Source: Bacteroidia bacterium (GTDB lineage: Bacteria; Bacteroidota; Bacteroidia; NS11-12g; UBA955). From it: DNA of 64,000 nt. The stretch lies in contig JBIISM010000003.1 in the NCBI GenBank assembly GCA_044341025.1, positions 28,308 through 92,307 on the forward strand, given 5' to 3'. The position numbers were made by a program, and so were the translations under genes. Shown here in pieces: positions 41,542-49,121 of this stretch; within the stretch, counting starts at the first letter, position 1; each line of letters opens with the position of its first letter. Under the pieces are notes generated by a model. The model had not been told where the DNA came from, ran no database searches, and saw only the letters and a list, made by a program, of their open reading frames with translations.

Positions 41542-41641
41542 GATAATTCCAACTCATAGGTTTGAGAAAGAAATCAAAAGGTTAAACATGTTGTTGGAGT
41601 GCTCGCAAGTTCTAGAGAACACTACACTTCGTTTCGCTTAG
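41531..41641 (+). pseudogene. Truncated RelE/ParE-like toxin
   Basis: MSYRIIPTHRFEKEIKRL is a typical RelE N-terminus; frame runs into the repeat element at 41587 and stops at codon 37. Confidence 0.7.
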
Positions 41642-42185
41642 CTCTTACTCCTCCTGTTTACGATTTCTTTGAAACGAAAAGAAACTCCCCACTACGACGA
41701 TGCATGTTGTTGGTATTACTCCCGTTGGTCATGAAACCGCTTCGCTCAGGTCCTGCCAACAACGCCATATACAAAACGACCTGGCACATCTTTACGATTT
41801 CTTTGAAACTCTTTAATTTTCATGATTAATTTGTATCAAGTAATAACCGTTTAATTCTCTACTACACGAAACGGCCCCAAGCAGAAACGGCAGCCCAGAT
41901 GCGTTTATGGGATAAAGTTTAAAATATGAATGCATGGCGAGCGGCAGTAAGCCCATGTATAATTTAAAAAGAATTAATATGCTAAGACGCAACTGGCTAT
42001 AATGGATGCTTGGTCAAGGCAGACTTTTTATTATCGTAAACGTATACCAGATTATCGCACTGAAGGCGTTGTTGGCGGGGACTCCAACAACATGTATATC
42101 GAAGCGGTTTCACAAACTTTTCTCAAGAACTTAACGGAACGAAGTGGAGTGTTCTATTGACTGAAAGGAATACTCCAACAACATG
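41587..42185. mobile_element. Non-autonomous REP/REPIN- or MITE-like element with nested inverted arms
   Basis: Ends catgttgttggagt / actccaacaacatg; inner inverted pairs agaacact.cacttcgtt.cg, tgaaaccgcttcg and gccaacaacgcc around a ~300-bp core with no intact ORF. Confidence 0.65.
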
Positions 42186-42200
42186 GTACAAATTTTATCC

Positions 42201-42232
42201 AAAAAAAAGCTTCCCTTTCGAGAAGCTTTTTT
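42201..42232 (-). terminator. Intrinsic terminator of the acyl-CoA dehydrogenase transcript
   Basis: Minus strand aagcttctc-GAAA-gggaagc followed by T8. Confidence 0.85.
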
Positions 42233-42254
42233 GAAAATCTATAAAAGTAGTTAA

Positions 42255-42474
42255 CTACTTCAAAATATCCCTCGCAATATGGAGGAAAATTTCAAGAGCT
42301 ACTTAAAATAGCCAAAGCCCTATTTTAAGATATCCCTCGCAATATGGTGGAAAATTTCAAGAGCTACTTAAAATAGCCAAAGCCCTATTTTAAGATATCC
42401 CTCGCAATATGGTGGAAAATTTCAAGCGCTACTTAAAATAGCCAAAGCCCTATTTTAAGATATCCCTCGCAATA
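42255..42474. repeat. 65-bp tandem array (3 units plus the gene's own end) duplicating the 3' end of the acyl-CoA dehydrogenase
   Basis: Units start at 42255, 42320, 42385 and 42450; each holds the gene's last 25 nt plus a 40-bp near-identical spacer. Confidence 0.95.
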
Positions 42475-43589
42475 ACAACACGTTGTATTTCACTGGTGCC
42501 TTCGTAGATTTGGGTAATCTTCGCATCACGCATTAAACGCTCTACGTGGTACTCTTTTACGTAGCCATATCCACCGTGAACTTGAACCGCTTCGATGGTT
42601 GTTTTCATTGCCACTTCACTGGCAAACAACTTAGCCATGCTACCAGCTCTGTTGTAATCCATGTGTTGGTCTTTTAACCAAGCAGCTTTTAAACACAACA
42701 TTCTTGCAGCTTCAATTTCTGTAGCCATGTCAGCCAATTTAAATTGAATGGCTTGGTGGTTCATAATTTCTGTACCAAATGCTTTTCTTTCTTTAGAATA
42801 TTTAATAGCCAATTCGTAGGCACCGCTTGCAATGCCTAAAGCTTGAGCAGCAATACCAATACGTCCACCAGTTAAGGTTTTCATGGCAAATTTAAATCCA
42901 AATCCATCTTCACCTATTCTGTTTGCTTTCGGAACTTTTACATCCGTAAACATTAATGAATGTGTATCACTTCCGCGAATACCCATTTTATCTTCTTTTT
43001 TTCCAACTACAAAACCTTCCAGGCCACCCTCAACAATAAATGCATTGATGCCTTTATGACCAGCCTCAACATTCGTTTGTGCAATTACCAAGTAAATAGA
43101 AGCAGTTTTACCATTGGTAATCCAATTCTTAGTACCGTTTAATAAGTAATAATCGCCCATGTCGATAGCAGTGGTTCTTTGTGAAGTAGCATCGCTACCA
43201 GCTTCTGGCTCACTTAAACAAAATGCACCATGCACTTCGCCTTTCGCCAATGGAACCAAATACTTCATTTTTTGTTCTTCCGAACCAAAGGTTTCTAAGC
43301 CCCAGCAAACCAATGAATTGTTTACAGACACTACCACAGAGGCAGACGCATCTATCTTGCTCAGCTCTTCCATAGCCAATACATAACTTACCGTATCCAT
43401 GCCGCTTCCACCGTATTTAGGATCTACCATCATACCCAAAAAGCCCAATTCGCCTAACTTTTTAATTTGTTCAGCTGGAAATTCTTGGTTGTTGTCGCGC
43501 TCAATTACACCCGGCAATAACTCGGTTTGTGCAAAGTCCCTAGCAGCTTGTTGTACCGCTAATTGTTCTTCTGTTAGTTCAAAATTCAT
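42450..43589 (-). CDS. Short-chain (butyryl-CoA-type) acyl-CoA dehydrogenase
   Basis: FCLSEPEAGSDA, GTKNWITN, GRIGIAAQALG, QVHGGYGY, IYEGTSEIQR. Confidence 0.94.
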   Translation of the reverse strand: MNFELTEEQLAVQQAARDFAQTELLPGVIERDNNQEFPAEQIKKLGELGFLGMMVDPKYGGSGMDTVSYVLAMEELSKIDASASVVVSVNNSLVCWGLETFGSEEQKMKYLVPLAKGEVHGAFCLSEPEAGSDATSQRTTAIDMGDYYLLNGTKNWITNGKTASIYLVIAQTNVEAGHKGINAFIVEGGLEGFVVGKKEDKMGIRGSDTHSLMFTDVKVPKANRIGEDGFGFKFAMKTLTGGRIGIAAQALGIASGAYELAIKYSKERKAFGTEIMNHQAIQFKLADMATEIEAARMLCLKAAWLKDQHMDYNRAGSMAKLFASEVAMKTTIEAVQVHGGYGYVKEYHVERLMRDAKITQIYEGTSEIQRVVIARDILK

Positions 43590-43597
43590 GACGGGCG

Positions 43598-43708
43598 CAA
43601 AAATACATTGTTTCTAATTACTATAAAAATTGTAAGCGCCTGATTTTAATAAAAAATACATATTTACATCAGTTTGACTTAAGGTTTCCACCCAAACGTG
43701 TATTTTTG
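43598..43708. promoter_or_regulatory. Divergent -7 boxes (TATTTTTG) for acyl-CoA dehydrogenase (43598-43605, -) and lplA (43701-43708, +)
   Basis: Exact TAnnTTTG matches 8 and 5 nt from the respective ATGs. Confidence 0.6.
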
Positions 43709-43713
43709 CAGCG

Positions 43714-44706
43714 ATGCTCATCATTCAAAACCCAAACAACGACCCATACTTTAACCTTGCTGCCGAAGAGTATTTACTTAAAGAATTTAACGAAAATATT
43801 TTTACCCTTTGGCGCAACGAAAACGCCATCATTGTAGGTAAGCACCAAAATACTTTGGCGGAAATTAACACCGATTATGTTCAAGCCAACGGTGTTAAAG
43901 TTGTTCGTCGCCTCTCAGGTGGTGGAGCCGTGTTCCACGATATGGGAAACCTTAATTTTACCTTTATCACCAACGCCCAAACCGCAGAAGATATCAAAAT
44001 TGATTTTAAACAGTACTGCATTCCCATTATTGAAGTGCTAAAAACCTTGGGCGTGAATGCTGAATTCTCTGGGCGCAACGACCTATTAATTGATGGAATG
44101 AAATTCAGTGGAAATGCTGAACACATTTACCACCAAAAGAAAAGAATCTTGCACCACGGAACACTTTTATTTACCAGCCAAATTGCCGACTTATCTGCTG
44201 CCCTAAAGGTTAATCCTTTAAAGTTTCAAGACAAGGCCGTTAAATCGGTGCGCAGCCGCGTTACCAATATCAGCAGCCACTTGAAAACCGAATTGAGTGT
44301 TGATGCGTTTTACAAACTTATAATCGACCACATGGCCGCTCAGTATTCTGATGTGCAGTTTTACACCTATACCGAAAAAGACATTGCTGCCATCGAACAA
44401 TTGGCCAACGATAAATACCGCACCTGGGCATGGAATTTTGGTTACTCCCCAAAATACACCTTTGAAAAAATGCTAAAATCTGAAGGTGGCAATATCGAGG
44501 TGTATTTATATGTAGAAAAAGGCATTATTGAAGAAGCACGCTTTCATGGCGATTTCTTTAACATCAACGACAAAGAAGAAATTGAACAAGCGCTAAAAGG
44601 ATGCAAACATTTTAAAGACGACATTGAAACTGTGTTTTCTAATTTTGATATCCCTAAATACTTCAACAAAACCAGCACCGAAGAACTTTTGGCCGGCATG
44701 TTCTAA
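43714..44706 (+). CDS. lplA: Lipoate--protein ligase
   Basis: PYFNLAAEE, RRLSGGGAVFHD, KFSGNA, HHGTLL, WNFG. Confidence 0.93.
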   Translation: MLIIQNPNNDPYFNLAAEEYLLKEFNENIFTLWRNENAIIVGKHQNTLAEINTDYVQANGVKVVRRLSGGGAVFHDMGNLNFTFITNAQTAEDIKIDFKQYCIPIIEVLKTLGVNAEFSGRNDLLIDGMKFSGNAEHIYHQKKRILHHGTLLFTSQIADLSAALKVNPLKFQDKAVKSVRSRVTNISSHLKTELSVDAFYKLIIDHMAAQYSDVQFYTYTEKDIAAIEQLANDKYRTWAWNFGYSPKYTFEKMLKSEGGNIEVYLYVEKGIIEEARFHGDFFNINDKEEIEQALKGCKHFKDDIETVFSNFDIPKYFNKTSTEELLAGMF

Positions 44707-44707
44707 A

Positions 44708-45628
44708 CTATTTTTTTCTTAACCTACCCTGCGAACGCGGATGGTACATCGCTATGGTTTCTTTTAAGAAACTCTTATCCAAATGCGTGTATATTTCAGT
44801 GGTGGTAATGCTCTCGTGACCCAACATCTGCTGCACCGCACGCAAGTCGGCTCCACCTTCTACCAAACAAGTGGCAAACGAATGTCTGAATGTATGCGGA
44901 CTGATGCTTTTGCGTATGCCAGCCCTTTGCGCCAATACCTTGGTCAATTTAAAAATAGACACCCTGCTAAGGGAAGATCCCAAATGGTTTAAAAACAATG
45001 TGTCGCTGTTTTTCTTTTGCATTTTCATGTGCACACGTACTTCTTCTAAATAAATACGTATAGCCTTCAAGGCGGCATCACCTATAGGCACCAATCGTTC
45101 TTTATTGCCCTTGCCTGTCACTTTAATAAATTCGTCGTTGAAATAAATTTCAGAAATATTTAACCCCACCAATTCACTTACCCTTAACCCGCAACTAAAC
45201 AAGGTTTCTAGTATGGCTTTGTCTCTATGCCCCATGGGTTTGCTCATATCAATGCAAGAAATCATTTCATTAATTTCTTCTAAGCTCAATACTTCGGGTA
45301 ATTTGCGGGCCAATTTTGGCAGTTCTAAAAATTGGGTTGGGTCTTTTTGTAAAAGCTCCTCCATCAATAAATATTTGTAGAATGCGCGCAAACCGCTGAT
45401 CATGCGTGCTTGACTGATGGCCGCCACACCAGCATGGCTTAGAGAACTGACAAAATTCAATAAATGCTCGTATTCCACCTGCAAAGGTGTTATACCCAAG
45501 TTTTCGTTTTTTAAGAAATTTTCGAAATATTTTACATCGTGCAAATACGCAGAAATGCTGTTCTTAGAAAGTGATTTTTCCAACAACAAATACTGCTTAA
45601 AGCCTTTACCGGCACTATGCCAGTCCAT
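44708..45628 (-). CDS. xerD: Site-specific tyrosine recombinase XerD
   Basis: GLRVSEL, GKGNKERLVP, SPHTFRHSFAT, LGHESITTTEIYTH. Confidence 0.9.
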   Translation of the reverse strand: MDWHSAGKGFKQYLLLEKSLSKNSISAYLHDVKYFENFLKNENLGITPLQVEYEHLLNFVSSLSHAGVAAISQARMISGLRAFYKYLLMEELLQKDPTQFLELPKLARKLPEVLSLEEINEMISCIDMSKPMGHRDKAILETLFSCGLRVSELVGLNISEIYFNDEFIKVTGKGNKERLVPIGDAALKAIRIYLEEVRVHMKMQKKNSDTLFLNHLGSSLSRVSIFKLTKVLAQRAGIRKSISPHTFRHSFATCLVEGGADLRAVQQMLGHESITTTEIYTHLDKSFLKETIAMYHPRSQGRLRKK

Positions 45629-45634
45629 AAAAAA

Positions 45635-46486
45635 TTATAAATCTATTTGTCTAACGTTTAACACCTCTTCTGTATTGGCATCGCTCACCACACAAACAAC
45701 ATGGCATTTGGCCAAATTAAAACCAGAAGGCACTTCAAAATCCAACAGTTTTTCGAAGGTTCTACCAGCTACCAAAGTTGAATTTAATGCATTACCAACA
45801 GCGTTTCCAAAAGCATAACGCAACACATGGTTGTGTACATAATTGTCGTCGTATGAAGTTAAAGTGGTTTGCTTACTCACTATTCCAGATTCGGTAATAA
45901 ATAAACTGTATTTGTGGTTGTCGCTAACGGCAGTGTTGTATACCAATTTCATTTTAACTGTTAGGTTGCGGCCACTTAAAGTTTTTTCTAAGTTAATATT
46001 TACTGGGGTTGTTGAACGCAAACGTTGGTTTACCAAATTTGGCCAATTGGAATACGCATTGAATCGGATGGTTTGAACGCCAAATTTAGATCGGTCTACG
46101 TAACCGCTCGGCAAGGAATTTGGAATACCCAATTGGTTAATTACTTGACTACTGTATACCGAATTCACATCGGTAAATCCTGGCCATGGAGCAGTGAAGA
46201 ATACATTATAGTCAGCCGAATACAACGCCATAACCACCACGCTGTCTTCCGATTTTTGAGCAAGGATATCCAAGGCCTTTTGAGCCGCATTAGGACAATT
46301 GTTGCAACGCACACCTGTTATATCTTCAATTAATACCGCCTTGTGTTGCGCAGCAGGAATAACACTGGCGACATAAGTGGTGTCTTTACTTACTGTTGGT
46401 TTGGTAAAATCTATATATGGTGGAATTTCTTCACAAGCGCTAAAGGCTAAGGCTAAAAAACTGCCAATAAAAACAAGACGTTTCAT
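45635..46486 (-). CDS. Omp28-related outer-membrane lipoprotein (CxxC thioredoxin-like)
   Basis: Lipobox LAFSAC, VLIEDITGVRCNNCP, YVHNHVLR; start moved to MKRLVF. Confidence 0.8.
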   Translation of the reverse strand: MKRLVFIGSFLALAFSACEEIPPYIDFTKPTVSKDTTYVASVIPAAQHKAVLIEDITGVRCNNCPNAAQKALDILAQKSEDSVVVMALYSADYNVFFTAPWPGFTDVNSVYSSQVINQLGIPNSLPSGYVDRSKFGVQTIRFNAYSNWPNLVNQRLRSTTPVNINLEKTLSGRNLTVKMKLVYNTAVSDNHKYSLFITESGIVSKQTTLTSYDDNYVHNHVLRYAFGNAVGNALNSTLVAGRTFEKLLDFEVPSGFNLAKCHVVCVVSDANTEEVLNVRQIDL

Positions 46487-46547
46487 CACACAAAAATAAT
46501 AAATTTTGTTTAGAATTAGCGAAACAATATTAATTTTGAACCTCAAG

Positions 46548-46901
46548 ATGTCCAAAAACCCAATTCTACAGTCCTTTAAATTTGCCTTCCAAGGCCTTGC
46601 CTTCGCTTGGAAAGAACGCAATTTTAAATTGCACATAGCCTCAACTCTTGCAGTACTTACTATGGGGTTTTATTACCAAGTTACCAGCTTGGAATGGATT
46701 ATTTTATTGCTTTGTATTGCTGGGGTTTTAAGTCTTGAGTTGCTCAATACAGCCCTAGAGAAATTCGTCGACCTAGTTTCGCCCAATAAACACCCCTTGG
46801 CTGGCATGGCCAAAGACCTCAGTGCCGCTGCCGTTTTGGTCTTCTCCATTGCAAGCGCCATCGTCGGTCTGATCATTTTCTACCCTTACTTTTTTAATTA
46901 A
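46548..46901 (+). CDS. dgkA: Diacylglycerol/undecaprenol kinase (DgkA family)
   Basis: SFKFAFQG, ERNFKLH, ELLNTALEKFVD, AKDLSAAAVL; start at MSKNP. Confidence 0.88.
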   Translation: MSKNPILQSFKFAFQGLAFAWKERNFKLHIASTLAVLTMGFYYQVTSLEWIILLLCIAGVLSLELLNTALEKFVDLVSPNKHPLAGMAKDLSAAAVLVFSIASAIVGLIIFYPYFFN

Positions 46902-46935
46902 ATAGAAGGCTGTATTTTTGCCTCTCTGTTTTCAG

Positions 46936-47019
46936 GCCCACGTGGTGAAATTGGTAGACATGCCACCTTGAGGGGGTGGTGACCGCAAGGTTGTGCAAGT
47001 TCGAATCTTGTCGTGGGCA
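46936..47019 (+). tRNA. tRNA-Leu(GAG)
   Basis: Acceptor GCCCACG/CGTGGGC, anticodon arm CCACC-TTGAGGG-GGTGG, long variable arm, TTCGAAT T-loop; CCA not encoded. Confidence 0.95.
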
Positions 47020-47024
47020 CCCTG

Positions 47025-47064
47025 TATTAGTTAATTGTTATTAGTTATTAGTTATTAGTTATTA
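47025..47064. repeat. Heptamer tandem repeat (TATTAGT, about 5.7 copies)
   Basis: tattagt taattgt tattagt tattagt tattagt tatta directly after the tRNA. Confidence 0.85.
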
Positions 47065-47074
47065 AAAACAAGAA

Positions 47075-47102
47075 ACCATGTTGTTGGAGTACTCCTTTCA
47101 GT
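47075..47102. repeat. Solo copy of the GTTGTTGGAGT REP-like arm
   Basis: accatgttgttggagtactcctttcagt matches the reverse complement of 42160-42187 with one mismatch. Confidence 0.75.
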
Positions 47103-47133
47103 ACTATTTGTCACCGAAATCTTGAAGCAATTC

Positions 47134-48669
47134 CTATTGCCTCGCTCCGCCCTCTTGCTCTTGCTTCACCCCCAATATTTCCTCCAAAATCTCCCTATTA
47201 TTGCTCAACCTTGGCACCTTGTTTTGACCACCCAATTTGCCTTTAAACTTCAACCAATTGTAAAAAGTATTGCTTGGCATTGATTGAATTCGTGGCATTT
47301 TTAAGGCAATATCTTTGTGACGCTTGGCCTCATAGTCGCTGTTAATTTCTTTTAATTTGCTGTCTAAGGCCGAGGCAAAATCATGTAAATCATTAGGTTC
47401 GGTTTCAAATTCTATCAACCACTCATGACCGGCATGGTCTTCCTTATCTAAGTATATAGGCCCAGCAGTGTACTCGCGTACCTTGCTGTCTGTTACCTGA
47501 CAAGCATGTGCTATGGCCTTTTCTGCGTTTTCTATCACCACCTCTTCGCCAAAGGCATTGATGAACAATTTGGTGCGCCCGGTGATGTGAAATTTATATG
47601 GATTAACATTTGCGAATGTAATGGTATCGCCCAATTGGTAGCGCCACAATCCACTGTTGTTGCTTATTACAACGGCATAATTAACGCCTGCCTCTACCTC
47701 CCCCAATAAATAAGTTTCAGGGTGCTCTTGGGTCAAATCACTTGCCTTTATAAATTCATAAAAAATGCCATAATCTGGCATCAATTGCATTGCCGTATCG
47801 TTTAAGTCGCTTTGTATTCCAAAAAATCCCTCGCTGGCATTGTAGGTCTCCAAATACTTCATATTCGAATTGGAAATCATGCGCTTAAATAAGTCTCTAT
47901 AAGGCGTAAAACTTACTCCTCCATGAATGTACAATTGCAAGTTAGGCCACACATCAGAAATATTATTGGTGCCTTTCATGGCCATAAGTTTTTCCATTAA
48001 TACAATGGTCCATGTAGGCACACCAGAAATACTGGTTACATTTTCTTGAATCACTTGTGTGGCCATTTTTTCAAGCTTCAATTCCCAATCGTCCAGCAAA
48101 GCTATCGATTTATCGGGGGTCTTTAGCAAGTTGGCCCAAGTGGGCATATTGTTCATTAAGACCGCACTCAGATCGCCGTAAAATGAATTTTCATTAAAGG
48201 AATTGATTTTGTGTGATCCTCCAATAAGCAAACTCTTGCCATCAAACACCTCGGTATCTGGGGCATTCATACAGTAGTATGTCAAAACGTCTTTACCGCC
48301 TTGAAAATGGCATTCCTCAAGGGTTTCGTAACTAACGGGAATAAACTTGCTTTTGTCGTTGGTGGTTCCGCTGCTTTTGGCAAACCAAACAATTTCACCT
48401 GGCCATAAAACATTGGCCGCACCTTCCATTACACGTTCTATAAAAGGCTTAAGTGTTTCGTAGTCTTGTATAGGAAAACGGTTCTTAAAATCTTGGTAAT
48501 TATCTATAGATTTAAAATCGTAGGTCTTACCCCACTCAGTGTCCTTGGCATCATTCACCAAACGTTTTAAAACATCCAATTGCACTTCGGCAGCGTTTTT
48601 TACGGCAGCATCTAAAAACGCTACGCGCTTCCTAAAATACCATCCCATCATTGTGCTCAAAACCGCCAT
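47134..48669 (-). CDS. GH3 (acyl-adenylate/amido synthetase) family protein
   Basis: AKSSGTT, YNASEGFF, GLWRYQLGD, GRTKLFINAFGEE, GGQNKVPRL. Confidence 0.9.
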   Translation of the reverse strand: MAVLSTMMGWYFRKRVAFLDAAVKNAAEVQLDVLKRLVNDAKDTEWGKTYDFKSIDNYQDFKNRFPIQDYETLKPFIERVMEGAANVLWPGEIVWFAKSSGTTNDKSKFIPVSYETLEECHFQGGKDVLTYYCMNAPDTEVFDGKSLLIGGSHKINSFNENSFYGDLSAVLMNNMPTWANLLKTPDKSIALLDDWELKLEKMATQVIQENVTSISGVPTWTIVLMEKLMAMKGTNNISDVWPNLQLYIHGGVSFTPYRDLFKRMISNSNMKYLETYNASEGFFGIQSDLNDTAMQLMPDYGIFYEFIKASDLTQEHPETYLLGEVEAGVNYAVVISNNSGLWRYQLGDTITFANVNPYKFHITGRTKLFINAFGEEVVIENAEKAIAHACQVTDSKVREYTAGPIYLDKEDHAGHEWLIEFETEPNDLHDFASALDSKLKEINSDYEAKRHKDIALKMPRIQSMPSNTFYNWLKFKGKLGGQNKVPRLSNNREILEEILGVKQEQEGGARQ

Positions 48670-48932
48670 AGCTTCTGTGTTTTAACGTTTAGAATTCTCA
48701 GCAAAAATATAAATAAAATTTCAACTTTTTTGCCCTTATTCAAGATAAGTTTTGAATCTTCTTAACTGCTTTTTTTGCTTTTGCAAAACTTTTCTAACCA
48801 GCATTTGAGCAGAAGCCATCGCTTATCGATAAGGCTTTGAAAACGAAAGCATTAAAAATAATTTGTTTTATTCAATTCCTTTTGATACCTTTGCAGCCCT
48901 GAATTTAAAGGGGTTTAGTCGCTTTAAATAAT

Positions 48933-49014
48933 GCGGATGTGGCGTAATTGGTAGCCGTGCCAGACTTAGGATCTGGTGCCGAAAGGCGTGGGGGTTCGAG
49001 TCCCTTCATCCGCA
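48933..49014 (+). tRNA. tRNA-Leu(TAG)
   Basis: Acceptor GCGGATG/CATCCGC, anticodon arm CCAGA-CTTAGGA-TCTGG, long variable arm, GTTCGAGT; TACCTTTG -7 box upstream. Confidence 0.95.
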
Positions 49015-49121
49015 CTTATTTTGGTTGAACAGTTTTCATTAACTGCTTTAACTGTTCCCTAAAGACAATTGAGCCTTTTTAGGTTCTTAAGTACCCATAA
49101 TTATATAAACACTTCATTTGG

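Noticed and set aside
41599-41829. 76-aa ORF
   Set aside because: Runs through the inverted-repeat arms, GTG start, no recognisable motif; likely spurious.
42255-42474. CRISPR array (25-bp repeat, 40-bp spacer geometry)
   Set aside because: Spacers are near-identical, the repeat is the coding end of a gene, and no cas genes or leader are present.
44708-45628. Integron or prophage integrase marking an island
   Set aside because: Length and motifs fit housekeeping XerD; no IntI insertion, attC arrays or phage genes nearby.
46487-46636. Long overlapping N-termini of the Omp28-like and dgkA ORFs
   Set aside because: Artefacts of longest-ORF calling; downstream ATGs with their own -7 boxes resolve the overlap.
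47134-47170. GH3 C-terminal tail VKQEQEGGARQ as repeat-derived
   Set aside because: Looks non-conserved, but no second copy in the window supports a repeat origin.
46936-49014. GH3 gene as an island integrated between two tRNA-Leu genes
   Set aside because: Both tRNAs are complete and different isoacceptors; no duplicated tRNA 3' end or integrase.
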